Source of the DNA: a virus | Length of the DNA stretch: 61,640 nt | Strand: one strand, 5' to 3' | Virus record (IMG/VR): IMGVR_UViG_3300001688_000037 | Shown: piece by piece, positions 33,345 through 41,611 of the stretch | How the letters are laid out: every line of letters begins with the position of its first letter | Position numbering within the stretch: position 1 is the first letter of the stretch | Notes under the pieces: model-generated | The model's database searches: none | What the model saw: the letters and a program-made list of their open reading frames with translations, nothing else | Told to the model about the DNA's origin: nothing | Made by a program: the position numbers and the translations under genes

Positions 33345-34127
33345 TTATTGCTCCTGTAATTCCTGCTCTATTTCCTGTGCTCTCTGGAGTATTTCTCTGG
33401 AGTATTGAGAGCTGTATATGCCCTCTCTATTTAGCTCCTTACATCTGCTCTCTCCCATATTGTAGCTCATTAGGATATAGTGATAATCTCCATTAGATCT
33501 ACTACTAAGATCCTGTAAGAAATTCAATCCTACACGGATATTACCGTATGGATTAAATAAATCATCTACTCCCTCTGCTACCATCTTATCCTTATGCCAC
33601 TTTTCGTAGATCTGCATATAACCCTTACTGGATCCGTTATCTCCTAAAGCGTTATAACAGTAATGGCTTTCCCTCTCTATGAGGGCTACTACTATGTAAT
33701 AATCAATATCTCTCTGCTCACATAAGCACCAGAGATAAGCCTGTACTACTTCTGGGAAACATCCGCCCTCCTCTACATACTTTTCTGGGATCTGGTAAAA
33801 CTTAAATCCACTATCATAGAGCTCCGCTCCCCAATCTGCACTCATGGTATTATATGGATAGATATAATTATTAGGATCTCCATAATACTCTCTCTCTGGC
33901 TCCTCTGTAGGCTCTGGAGCATCGGTTACAATCTCTGTAGGTGTAGGAATGTATGTAGCTGTGATCTCTGTAAGATCTTCCTCCGCCATTACATCCTTTA
34001 ACTCTGGCTCCTTACTAATACCTACGAAAAATACCAGCATTACCACAGCTAAGCATCCTGTTAAAAATATAAATTGATTTCTGGTTATCTCTGTAGTAAA
34101 TCTTACTCTCCGCTTTCTCCTGCTCAT
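33345..34127 (-). CDS. Membrane-anchored lytic transglycosylase (SLT domain)
   Basis: N-terminal TM helix. SLT motifs ALIERESHY and SKGYMQI. Confidence 0.6.
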   Translation of the reverse strand: MSRRKRRVRFTTEITRNQFIFLTGCLAVVMLVFFVGISKEPELKDVMAEEDLTEITATYIPTPTEIVTDAPEPTEEPEREYYGDPNNYIYPYNTMSADWGAELYDSGFKFYQIPEKYVEEGGCFPEVVQAYLWCLCEQRDIDYYIVVALIERESHYCYNALGDNGSSKGYMQIYEKWHKDKMVAEGVDDLFNPYGNIRVGLNFLQDLSSRSNGDYHYILMSYNMGESRCKELNREGIYSSQYSREILQRAQEIEQELQEQ

Positions 34128-34423
34128 CCTTTACCTCCTCTAAGCACCTTTTGTAATCCTGCTATTGATACATTCATGTTTTTAACCTGCCCCTCCAGCC
34201 TCCGTAAGGTTTTTTCTACATCCTCTGGATCTGTGGAGTACCAGTAACCATAAGAGGAGCTACATATAGCCTCTCCATCCTGCCTCAATCCGCTTACCAC
34301 ATTTCTAAGCTGTTTATCTGTTAAATTAAACAGTACACAGAGCTCTCTACCCTTAATGGCTGTACGCTCCTCTGTGTGGTAATCTTTAAGGTATTCTGTT
34401 ATTTCTGCTCCTACGCCTGCCAT
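34124..34423 (-). CDS. Winged-helix DNA-binding protein (putative)
   Basis: 99 aa. First gene after motif copy B. RBS AAGGAGG. Confidence 0.4.
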   Translation of the reverse strand: MAGVGAEITEYLKDYHTEERTAIKGRELCVLFNLTDKQLRNVVSGLRQDGEAICSSSYGYWYSTDPEDVEKTLRRLEGQVKNMNVSIAGLQKVLRGGKG

Positions 34424-34443
34424 AACAAAGCCTCCTTAGCACC

Positions 34444-34483
34444 GTGATAACTAACCTAATCACTTTTGAGGGCTATATTTAGA
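34444..34483 (-). promoter_or_regulatory. Bipartite motif copy B (TCTAAA-N16-GATTAGGTTAGTTATCAC)
   Basis: tttaga 34478-34483 and taatc 34457-34461, spacer exactly 16 nt. Preceded by a terminator, followed by an RBS. Confidence 0.55.
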
Positions 34484-34503
34484 GAAAATTTATAAAAAAA
34501 AAT

Positions 34504-34525
34504 AAGGTAGCTGTTACACTACCTT
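34504..34525 (-). terminator. Rho-independent terminator after the MazG-like gene
   Basis: AAGGTAG-TGTAACAG-CTACCTT followed by ATTTTTTTTT on the minus strand. Confidence 0.7.
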
Positions 34526-34828
34526 ACCTGCCATTCTTTCCTTAGTTCGATTTACCTTAAAGAGCTTGATAGCCTGTATATCCTCCTCTGGGATCTGGAG
34601 TAAGTGCTTAATCTGCTCCAGCATAATCTCTACATCTGCGATCTCCTCTACCAGATTATCTAAGGCTACCTGCTCCTTAGAGGTAGTTTCCTGCCCTGTA
34701 CCTCTGGATCTACGATACTTATTTATTGCCTGTATCAGTTCTGCACATTCCTCTATAAGCTGGTTACTCTGTGCCTCATATCCATAATGCTCCGCAATCT
34801 TTTTATTTTCCGCTACAATATCACACAT
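34514..34828 (-). CDS. MazG-like nucleoside triphosphate pyrophosphohydrolase
   Basis: 104 aa. LIEECAELIQAINKY ... LVEEIADVEIMLEQI (EExxE/ExxD helices typical of the MazG fold). Confidence 0.6.
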   Translation of the reverse strand: MCDIVAENKKIAEHYGYEAQSNQLIEECAELIQAINKYRRSRGTGQETTSKEQVALDNLVEEIADVEIMLEQIKHLLQIPEEDIQAIKLFKVNRTKERMAGKVV

Positions 34829-34842
34829 ATCCTGTTATCCTC

Positions 34843-35256
34843 CTAAATTAGTTTTCCGCTTAAGTGATCCATCTCATGCTGTATAATTTCTGCAAAGTAA
34901 CCGCTATAACGCTCTTTTACATATCTGTTACCCTTTTGGTGCATAATCTCTACACCCTTAAATCTGGTTACTTTTCGTGAGCCCTCTAAGCTCATACAGC
35001 TCTCCTCCGCCTCATACATAGCTCCTAAGTGTTTGGTAATAATCGGATTTACAAAAGGGATAAATTTCTCTCCTGTAAAGGCTACAAACACTCTCACAGG
35101 CTCCGCTATCTGGATGGCGGATAATCCTACACATCTATCATTATACTCCTCTGCGGTATCAATAAGATCCTGTATGATCTGCTTAGCCTCATTAGGCTTA
35201 ATCTTTTTACTTACCTGCTGTAGGATCTCTGGATCCTTAGTAATCTCTCTAACCAT
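34843..35256 (-). CDS. def: Peptide deformylase
   Basis: All three PDF motifs are present: GLSAIQ (GxGxAAxQ-like), EESCMSLEG (EGCLS-like), QHEMDHLSG (HExxH). Confidence 0.75.
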   Translation of the reverse strand: MVREITKDPEILQQVSKKIKPNEAKQIIQDLIDTAEEYNDRCVGLSAIQIAEPVRVFVAFTGEKFIPFVNPIITKHLGAMYEAEESCMSLEGSRKVTRFKGVEIMHQKGNRYVKERYSGYFAEIIQHEMDHLSGKLI

Positions 35257-35660
35257 TACCCAAATACCTCCTTAATGATCTCTGTAATATGAGGATCCTC
35301 TCCGTATGTAGCCATGTAGCTCTCCAGCTCAAAAAGTACTTGTCTACTCTTAAAGAGCTCCTCCATAAGAGTATCCTCAATGATATAAAACTCCTTAGGC
35401 TCTCCAAAGGATATAGCTACTGCATAATCTCTCTTTCTGGTAGATAATGCCTGCTCCTTAGCTTTCTCCAGCCATGCCTTTTTTACTGTGATCTGCTGGC
35501 TAGGCTCCATCTTTGTTTTAGCCTCTATAAAGAGCTGATCTACAATCACATCTCCCTTAAGGAATGGAGTGGATCCAGATCCTACTACCTGCTTACCGCC
35601 CATAGCCTTAGCTATTCTTTTTTCCTGCTGGCTACTCTTAGCCCTTGTGCTATTCTTCAT
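35256..35660 (-). CDS. PD-(D/E)XK-type nuclease / Holliday-junction-resolvase-like protein (putative)
   Basis: 134 aa. GDVIVDQLFIEAKTK resembles the D...ExK catalytic core. Confidence 0.35.
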   Translation of the reverse strand: MKNSTRAKSSQQEKRIAKAMGGKQVVGSGSTPFLKGDVIVDQLFIEAKTKMEPSQQITVKKAWLEKAKEQALSTRKRDYAVAISFGEPKEFYIIEDTLMEELFKSRQVLFELESYMATYGEDPHITEIIKEVFG

Positions 35661-35877
35661 CTAAGCCCTCCTGCTTTTTATATTCTTCCATTGTAGGGCG
35701 TTTTCCGTTTAGATCATCCCACTTATAGAGCTTATGGTTTTCATCCTGCCACTTAGCTTTATAGCAAGATCTACAACCACAAAAGCCACTAAGCCATCTC
35801 AGCTCTCCGTAGTACTCTGGTTTCCCACAATGCTTACATATAACAATCCGTTTCATTTCATCATAGTTACTCTGCAT
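35650..35877 (-). CDS. Small zinc-binding protein
   Basis: 75 aa. CKHCGKPEYY...CGCRSC. Confidence 0.5.
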   Translation of the reverse strand: MQSNYDEMKRIVICKHCGKPEYYGELRWLSGFCGCRSCYKAKWQDENHKLYKWDDLNGKRPTMEEYKKQEGLDEE

Positions 35878-36235
35878 CTCTTTCCTCCAATCTCACACCG
35901 CCATACTCCCAGAGGTTACTCTTAAGCTCCTCCATATCCAGCTCATCATTTTGCCACCGCTGGTAATAATCTAAGAGGAGCTCTGTAAACTTAGGGAGCC
36001 TCTGGGCGTATGATTTCTGCCAGTAGTGCTCCATGAGTACTGTAAGAGGTAATGTGAGGAGTAATACCATAGCGGTATTTATTGCATCATCGGTAGCCTC
36101 CTGCTTTACTCTCTGGAGCTCTTTCTCAATGCCTCTCTTTATAGCCTGCTCCGCCTGCTCATGGGTAAAGTTATATGTTTTGGTTTTCTTCTTTTGAGCC
36201 TCTCTCTCTGCTCTCCTACGCTCCGCTCTATTCAT
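35867..36235 (-). CDS. Hypothetical protein
   Basis: Start moved to ATG 36235 (MNRAERRRAE), which overlaps the upstream stop (ATGAATAG). Confidence 0.5.
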   Translation of the reverse strand: MNRAERRRAEREAQKKKTKTYNFTHEQAEQAIKRGIEKELQRVKQEATDDAINTAMVLLLTLPLTVLMEHYWQKSYAQRLPKFTELLLDYYQRWQNDELDMEELKSNLWEYGGVRLEERDAE

Positions 36236-36431
36236 GGTATACCGCCTCCACTTTCCAATACTTAAGAAAACTCTCCAAATTACTGTAATGTACCCAATAT
36301 CTAAACCGCTCTCCAAAAGCTACTCTTAATCTGGGCTTACCGTTCCACATAACAGAGCTGGTTTTAATCTTGTATACCTTACCACTCTGTAGGAGCTCAT
36401 TATCTACCCCAGTATATCTAGCCTTAATCAT
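36228..36431 (-). CDS. Hypothetical protein
   Basis: 67 aa. 8-nt overlap with the upstream gene. Confidence 0.5.
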   Translation of the reverse strand: MIKARYTGVDNELLQSGKVYKIKTSSVMWNGKPRLRVAFGERFRYWVHYSNLESFLKYWKVEAVYHE

Positions 36432-37236
36432 CGGTATCCTCCTTTTCCTGCATACCCTCTAATCTTGTAAGTAAGTTTCTAGCCTGTGAGATAGCTACCT
36501 CCAGATCTATAGAATTACATTTACCACTAAGAGCTCTCTCCAGCTCCTTAAGCCAATCATCATTACCCCACCATCTCCACGGTAGAATATTATGAGCATC
36601 CAGTATTTTCTTTACCTTGTGCCATGTTTCTAGCTCCTGCTCCTTATTCTTTACCTTTTCCAGCCTCTCATAAGCCTCCTGTAGATCCTTTGATAACTTA
36701 GTACCTAAGGCATTTCCTACATACTGCTTTTTAACCTTATCCTCCAGATAATCCTTAGCATACTCCGCTCTATCTTCATAAAATGGGAGCCTATCATGCT
36801 CCAGCTTACTAAAGATTATGTACTTATACACTCCTACAGGCTCCTCTATCTGCCTCCAGAGAGCTTTTTTAACTGTACGGAGATTAGTAGTATCTGGATC
36901 ATAATAAATAAGCCCTACATTCTCTGGGAGCTCCTCTTTCTTTACCATCCCCTTAGGTACTACAAAGAAAAACTCATTACAGTACTGTAAATACAAGTGC
37001 CACTTATTATCCTGTAGAAAATCACTCCTGCTTACCTTGATCTCATAACCGATAATGTTAGGCTTAGTGTAGCTCTTTGTAATTGCCAGCCCATCAAAGA
37101 TAAGTAACCCCTGTGGATCTGGAAAATATGTACTACAGGTTTTACACTCTGTTATAAAATAACTGGCTCTGTTTGAGTGCATCTCTCTTAACGCCAGCTT
37201 TATATCTGTTGAGGTAACTTTCTTTTTCTCTGCCAC
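36424..37236 (-). CDS. MmcB-like PD-(D/E)XK nuclease-fold protein (putative)
   Basis: 270 aa. IIGYEIKVSRSDFLQD segment. GTG start 7 nt after AAGGAGG. First gene after motif copy C. Confidence 0.4.
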   Translation of the reverse strand: MAEKKKVTSTDIKLALREMHSNRASYFITECKTCSTYFPDPQGLLIFDGLAITKSYTKPNIIGYEIKVSRSDFLQDNKWHLYLQYCNEFFFVVPKGMVKKEELPENVGLIYYDPDTTNLRTVKKALWRQIEEPVGVYKYIIFSKLEHDRLPFYEDRAEYAKDYLEDKVKKQYVGNALGTKLSKDLQEAYERLEKVKNKEQELETWHKVKKILDAHNILPWRWWGNDDWLKELERALSGKCNSIDLEVAISQARNLLTRLEGMQEKEDTDD

Positions 37237-37256
37237 CTTACCGCCTCCTTTTCTGT

Positions 37257-37296
37257 GTGATACTTAATATAATCACTTTTGAGGAGGATATTTAGA
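37257..37296 (-). promoter_or_regulatory. Bipartite motif copy C (TCTAAA-N16-GATTATATTAAGTATCAC)
   Basis: tttaga 37291-37296 and taatc 37270-37274, spacer 16 nt. Directly after a terminator. Confidence 0.55.
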
Positions 37297-37304
37297 TAAA
37301 AAAA

Positions 37305-37328
37305 GAGGATCCTTTTTATCGGATCCTC
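37305..37328 (-). terminator. Rho-independent terminator
   Basis: GAGGATCC-GATAAAAA-GGATCCTC followed by TTTTTTTATC on the minus strand. Confidence 0.75.
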
Positions 37329-37343
37329 CGCTCTCATGTACTG

Positions 37344-37592
37344 CTATACATTCCAGCTCTTACCACAGCTATTACATACTGCAATTTTCTTAGTATGTGT
37401 TTTTGTCTTATACTTCTTAGGAGCTAAGAGCTTTACTACCAATGCTGGCAAGGTTAAGAATAACCACTTAAAAGGTACCCACCAAATACCGATACAGCAC
37501 CACCATAAAATACCGTGTTTCTTTTCCTTAAGCTCTGTTTCTGTTACTACCTGTACACTACAATTTTCACTACCACATTTAGGGCATTTCAT
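37344..37592 (-). CDS. Zinc-ribbon membrane protein
   Basis: 82 aa. CPKCGSENC...CNSCGKSW flank a Trp-rich TM segment. Confidence 0.5.
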   Translation of the reverse strand: MKCPKCGSENCSVQVVTETELKEKKHGILWWCCIGIWWVPFKWLFLTLPALVVKLLAPKKYKTKTHTKKIAVCNSCGKSWNV

Positions 37593-37596
37593 ACTA

Positions 37597-38034
37597 CTAA
37601 TCCTCCTTTTGTTTTACGCTTTTTATAAGAAACTGGCTCCAAGCTACAGCATCATCCTCTCCACGGAGGTTATAGATGCAATCCTTATAAGGTATCTGTG
37701 CCTGCTCCAGATTTCCCTCTGTAGTTAATCCTCTCCGCTCATACTTTCTCTCTACATTCTGTAAATGATGGCGGAATTGATGGAGAAATGGCTCCAGCTC
37801 TGGCTCTGTGAGATAAATCTCTCCTGTTTCTGGTACATAACTGTTATCTCTTACCCATACGGTAATTACAGGGAGAGATACCATGTAAGCATCCGCCAGC
37901 TCCGTATTAAGAGCTCTTATTGCCTCCAGAGCCTCTATCTTACCTACTGGCATTACAAAGCTCTGCACTAAAGGGAGTGCTTTACAATCCTTAAAGATTT
38001 TCTTATAAAGGTTTACTCTCTCCTGTATCCTCAT
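37597..38034 (-). CDS. Hypothetical protein
   Basis: 145-aa ORF in a co-directional operon. Confidence 0.5.
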   Translation of the reverse strand: MRIQERVNLYKKIFKDCKALPLVQSFVMPVGKIEALEAIRALNTELADAYMVSLPVITVWVRDNSYVPETGEIYLTEPELEPFLHQFRHHLQNVERKYERRGLTTEGNLEQAQIPYKDCIYNLRGEDDAVAWSQFLIKSVKQKED

Positions 38035-38044
38035 AAGCTACCTC

Positions 38045-38314
38045 CTACTTATCCTCATCATCATACTCACTACCATCCACACATCTCTCACAAACTCCCT
38101 TATACTTCTCTGTGTTAAAAATGCAATCACAGTAACCGCATTTACACAGCTCCGCCTCTGCCTCCTGCACTCTCTGTACAAGGTACTTTCCTGTAGTGTT
38201 TTTAGCCTCCTCTTTATTCTGGGATCTAAAATCATAATCACAGGATACCTCATTACCCTCATCATCTATTACCTGCACTAAGTAGCACTTAGTTACTCTT
38301 ACGCTATACCCCAT
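38045..38314 (-). CDS. Hypothetical Cys-rich protein
   Basis: 89 aa. CKCGYCDC...CERC. Confidence 0.5.
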   Translation of the reverse strand: MGYSVRVTKCYLVQVIDDEGNEVSCDYDFRSQNKEEAKNTTGKYLVQRVQEAEAELCKCGYCDCIFNTEKYKGVCERCVDGSEYDDEDK

Positions 38315-38315
38315 G

Positions 38316-38573
38316 TTACACCTCCGCTACTGGTACTATCATCTGGATCCCCATGATCTCTACTACCCTGTTAGTAAACTGCTCTACTACTTCCTCTCCG
38401 TAAAAGCTCTCCTTAGCCTCATCCAGAGGAGAGTACAGGAGCTCCGCCCAGATACACTTACCAGCTTTCTTTAGCTTATCAAAGAATTTCTTAGCCTTAG
38501 GCTTTTCCATCCACTCTGTTACTTGATCCTCACTAGCTCCTAAGAGCTGGTATTTAACTTTGTACTCCTCCAT
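38316..38573 (-). CDS. Hypothetical protein
   Basis: 85 aa. Abuts both neighbours. Confidence 0.5.
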   Translation of the reverse strand: MEEYKVKYQLLGASEDQVTEWMEKPKAKKFFDKLKKAGKCIWAELLYSPLDEAKESFYGEEVVEQFTNRVVEIMGIQMIVPVAEV

Positions 38574-38980
38574 TAGTGCTCCTCCTTAACCCAGTATCCG
38601 TACAGGCTCTTATTTCCGCTATCCCATGTATCCCAGAAATATCCCTCCGATACTGCTACAATATGATGAGCTACTCTAAGAATATAAATACCCTCTTTAT
38701 GCTCCTTTGTAAAGCTCTGTACTGTAGGGCGTTTAGTTCCCTTACTGTTACTAATCCCATGATACACAAAGCCCTTACCCTCCAGATATTTCTCATAACA
38801 AGGTTTACAGTTAAAAGGGATCTGGAGCTCTCTGGAAATAGGCTGTATATCGTCAAATATCTCCAGCCACTCCATACCTAAAGCCTTAGTAAGAGCTCTA
38901 ATAACACAATCCCCATACTTATCCTTAAGATCCTTTTTATTAGGCTGGTAATACTTCCAGCGTGTACTCTTTGTAGCCAT
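38573..38980 (-). CDS. Hypothetical protein
   Basis: Start moved to ATG 38980 (MATKSTRWKYYQP), 9 nt after GGAGG. Confidence 0.5.
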   Translation of the reverse strand: MATKSTRWKYYQPNKKDLKDKYGDCVIRALTKALGMEWLEIFDDIQPISRELQIPFNCKPCYEKYLEGKGFVYHGISNSKGTKRPTVQSFTKEHKEGIYILRVAHHIVAVSEGYFWDTWDSGNKSLYGYWVKEEH

Positions 38981-39049
38981 AATCTCAATCCTCCTATAGT
39001 TATTATATAGCACCTGTATAATTATTTCAATACCCCTCATTTTATAGGG

Positions 39050-39202
39050 CTAGTGCATCCTCTTACGGATTTCCGCCTTAAGGGAGCTAAACTCTTTCTG
39101 TAGCTCCCTCTGCTTATTAAAATCCTGCGGTTTCTTTAAGTACTCCTCCTGTAGCACCATAGCTAAGGCTGTGTACCTGTTTAAGAGCTCCTCATTACTC
39201 AT
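39050..39202 (-). CDS. Small helical protein (50 aa)
   Basis: Not in the ORF track. TAATG overlap with the upstream stop. Reads MSNEELLNRYTALAMVLQEEYLKKPQDFNKQRELQKEFSSLKAEIRKRMH. Confidence 0.45.
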   Translation of the reverse strand: MSNEELLNRYTALAMVLQEEYLKKPQDFNKQRELQKEFSSLKAEIRKRMH

Positions 39203-40044
39203 TAGGCTACCTCCTTTACCTTACACCGCTTAAGGATCGTTTGCTTATCTCCTGCATACTCCTTATGCTCTGCTAAGCTACCTGTGAGCTGGTACTGTTT
39301 ACCCTCCTCTACTTCTAACCACGCTGTAGTATTCCAGATAAGGATATTACCATTAGCATCCAAAAACTTATAGATCCTAACCAGCTCTGTACCCCAGCCT
39401 CTATAAGCGTTTCTCTCATAGCTAAAGTACTTAATAAAAGTAACCTGTGCATCCAGCTTATCTCCGATGGCTCCCACATACTCCGATACCACTACATCCT
39501 CCTTAGGGAGTTTACTCTGGATAAGCTCCTTAAAATTAACCTCATGGCTCCAATCACACCAGCCATCCTCATAATGAAATACTAAGCACTCCTCCGCTGT
39601 GAGTTCTACCGTAGCAAACTCTGTAGGAGCCTCTGTAAATACCCAACTATTAAGATGAGGTTTCCACTTTGCTCCAGCCTCTCTAAGCTGATCCTTAATA
39701 CTAAAGGTATCTCCTACTGCTACATAGAGCTTACCATCTGCATTAAATCCCTTTTGCTGGATATGATCGGATAGGTTAGCCTTAAACTCCTCCGCTTTCT
39801 TAGCTCTCTGCTTTTCCCATCTAATACGGTTTCTCTCATCCAGCTTAGCTCTGTACTCTGGAGTATATACCTTAATGATCTCTGGCTTATCATGCCTCTC
39901 TCCAGTACCGCCACACTCGTAACAAGTCCATCCTGTAAAAGCCCACTTATCGGATCCGCCTGCTCCACCACATCTAGGACAAGTATAATCATGGTAAATC
40001 TTTGTACCGTTTTTATCTGTTCTAATATACACTCTGTTACTCAT
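39202..40044 (-). CDS. Hypothetical zinc-ribbon protein
   Basis: 280 aa. CPRCGGAGG...CYECGGTG near the N-terminus. Confidence 0.5.
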   Translation of the reverse strand: MSNRVYIRTDKNGTKIYHDYTCPRCGGAGGSDKWAFTGWTCYECGGTGERHDKPEIIKVYTPEYRAKLDERNRIRWEKQRAKKAEEFKANLSDHIQQKGFNADGKLYVAVGDTFSIKDQLREAGAKWKPHLNSWVFTEAPTEFATVELTAEECLVFHYEDGWCDWSHEVNFKELIQSKLPKEDVVVSEYVGAIGDKLDAQVTFIKYFSYERNAYRGWGTELVRIYKFLDANGNILIWNTTAWLEVEEGKQYQLTGSLAEHKEYAGDKQTILKRCKVKEVA

Positions 40045-40265
40045 AACCTTACCTCCGCTGTATATCCTCTACTACTATAGTTAATTCTACATCCCAGCTC
40101 CTCACAGAGCCTCTCTACTTCCCAGCTCACATCATCCAGCCCCAGCTTAACTCTCCCTTTTCTAAGGAGCCTTAACAGCTCCCTAGCCTCTAGGAGTTTT
40201 CCCTCTCTTACTAGCTTTCTGTGTGCATCCATGAGCTTATATCTTAAGATCTTTCTCTCCAGCAT
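40041..40265 (-). CDS. Hypothetical protein
   Basis: 74 aa. RBS TAGGAGG. 4-nt overlap with the downstream gene. Confidence 0.5.
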   Translation of the reverse strand: MLERKILRYKLMDAHRKLVREGKLLEARELLRLLRKGRVKLGLDDVSWEVERLCEELGCRINYSSRGYTAEVRL

Positions 40266-40294
40266 ACTTATATACCTCCTATGAGAGGGAGCTC

Positions 40295-40627
40295 TTAGGC
40301 TCCCAGCTCCTCTGTAGTATCCTTTGCTCCTTTCTTACCCATAGCTTTCTTAATTAACTCATCACTTACTCCTCTATGGATCTTAGCCCAGAGCATATAC
40401 ACTAAACTAAAAGTAACCTCATCCTTTTCCTCATACATAATAGTTACACAGTATTCTCTATCTCTGCTCTGTATTTCCTCTATCTCTTTAGCATCTGTTA
40501 AGCAATAACTATGAGCTACTCCATACTCATTTAGCATATCACTTAGTTTCTCTAATAACTCCTCTGTACAATCTGTAAAGCCCTCTCTGTTAGTAATGTT
40601 TAAGTATCTATCAAAAATCTTAATCAT
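40295..40627 (-). CDS. Hypothetical protein in moron-like cassette 2
   Basis: 110 aa. Has its own consensus promoter (40670-40698) and a hairpin gggagc/gctccc at its stop. Confidence 0.55.
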   Translation of the reverse strand: MIKIFDRYLNITNREGFTDCTEELLEKLSDMLNEYGVAHSYCLTDAKEIEEIQSRDREYCVTIMYEEKDEVTFSLVYMLWAKIHRGVSDELIKKAMGKKGAKDTTEELGA

Positions 40628-40669
40628 AACAGCACCTCCGTTTTTTTCTGTTTGTATCTTGTTGAGTTT

Positions 40670-40698
40670 ATTATATACCCCCTATATAATAATGTCAA
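40670..40698 (-). promoter_or_regulatory. Consensus sigma-A/sigma-70 promoter TTGACA-17-TATAAT
   Basis: Minus strand reads TTGACATTATTATATAGGGGGTATATAAT. -35 = rc of 40693-40698, -10 = rc of 40670-40675. Confidence 0.75.
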
Positions 40699-40730
40699 GC
40701 ACTTTTTATATATCTCCTATATAATTTTTA

Positions 40731-40756
40731 AGAGGGAGCTTTTTAGGCTCCCTCTT
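40731..40756 (-). terminator. Rho-independent terminator after moron-like cassette 1
   Basis: 9-bp stem agagggagc/gctccctct. Confidence 0.65.
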
Positions 40757-40758
40757 TC

Positions 40759-41469
40759 TTAATACTTGTGTACTAATACTCTTAAATGATAACGCTGAAT
40801 ATTATAACCACCAGCTCCTATAGTTTCTACTCTAGCGGTACCTTTAACACCTACCACTGTACCATCTAATCCTTTACCTCCCCAGTAGAGCTTACTACAA
40901 TCTGTAACCTCTCCTGTAATCTCCTTTACTCGGTTATAGAGGTTAATGAGCCACATATCCGCCTCACGCTCCTCAATCTTTCTAAACTCCTCATCTGTAT
41001 GCTTAAGGCTTTCCTCCTCCGTATATCTGTAGAGCTTTCTAAACTCTTTGTAAGGGAGCTCCTGTTTTCTCTGGAGCATTACCTCTCTAGCCTCTATATC
41101 ATAACTTACCCATCTCTCTACCAAATCTGCTCTAGCCTGCTTAAATGCCTCTGGTACCTCATTTGCTAAAGTAAGCTCTATCTTAATTTGTCTATCTAGT
41201 TTTTCCTGCCAATTTCTAACTACCTGCTCTGCATCCTCCAGCTTACGCTCTGCCCCTTTAATATCTTCCAACTTATTTTTATACTCACAGCATAACCAGT
41301 AATCCTCATTATTATCTCTGTTATCCATAGGATCTACGCTGATACCTTTAGCTGTAATCTTTTGGAGCTTTTTCTCCGCCTGTACCTTATGGCGTTCTAT
41401 TGTAGCCTTACACTTTTCTACCTTTTCCTGTGCCTTTGTTAATCTCTCCTGTAATTCTATACTTGTCAT
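40759..41469 (-). CDS. Hypothetical coiled-coil protein in moron-like cassette 1
   Basis: 236 aa. Has its own consensus promoter (41519-41547) and terminator (40731-40756). Confidence 0.55.
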   Translation of the reverse strand: MTSIELQERLTKAQEKVEKCKATIERHKVQAEKKLQKITAKGISVDPMDNRDNNEDYWLCCEYKNKLEDIKGAERKLEDAEQVVRNWQEKLDRQIKIELTLANEVPEAFKQARADLVERWVSYDIEAREVMLQRKQELPYKEFRKLYRYTEEESLKHTDEEFRKIEEREADMWLINLYNRVKEITGEVTDCSKLYWGGKGLDGTVVGVKGTARVETIGAGGYNIQRYHLRVLVHKY

Positions 41470-41518
41470 ATCCTTTACCTCCTGTAATTTTCAGTTTGTA
41501 TCTTTTTAAGTTAATCTC

Positions 41519-41547
41519 ATTATATACCCCCTATATAATATTGTCAA
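41519..41547 (-). promoter_or_regulatory. Consensus sigma-A/sigma-70 promoter TTGACA-17-TATAAT
   Basis: Minus strand reads TTGACAATATTATATAGGGGGTATATAAT. Spacer nearly identical to the 40670-40698 promoter. Confidence 0.75.
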
Positions 41548-41577
41548 TAGCTTTTCCTCAAATTTTTCCTAAAATTT

Positions 41578-41601
41578 GAGGGAGCCTTTTACAGCTCCCT
41601 C
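41578..41601 (-). terminator. Rho-independent terminator after the RecA-like gene
   Basis: GAGGGAGC-TGTAAAAG-GCTCCCTC on the minus strand. Confidence 0.65.
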
Positions 41602-41611
41602 TCATTACTCT

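Noticed and set aside
38038-38265. Same-strand alternative-frame ORFs nested in larger genes (38038-38265, 38671-38856, 39720-39992, 20716-20955, 49530-49739, 50166-50366, 56328-56513)
   Set aside because: Each lies wholly or largely inside a longer ORF that has recognisable motifs or better operon fit. None has an RBS.
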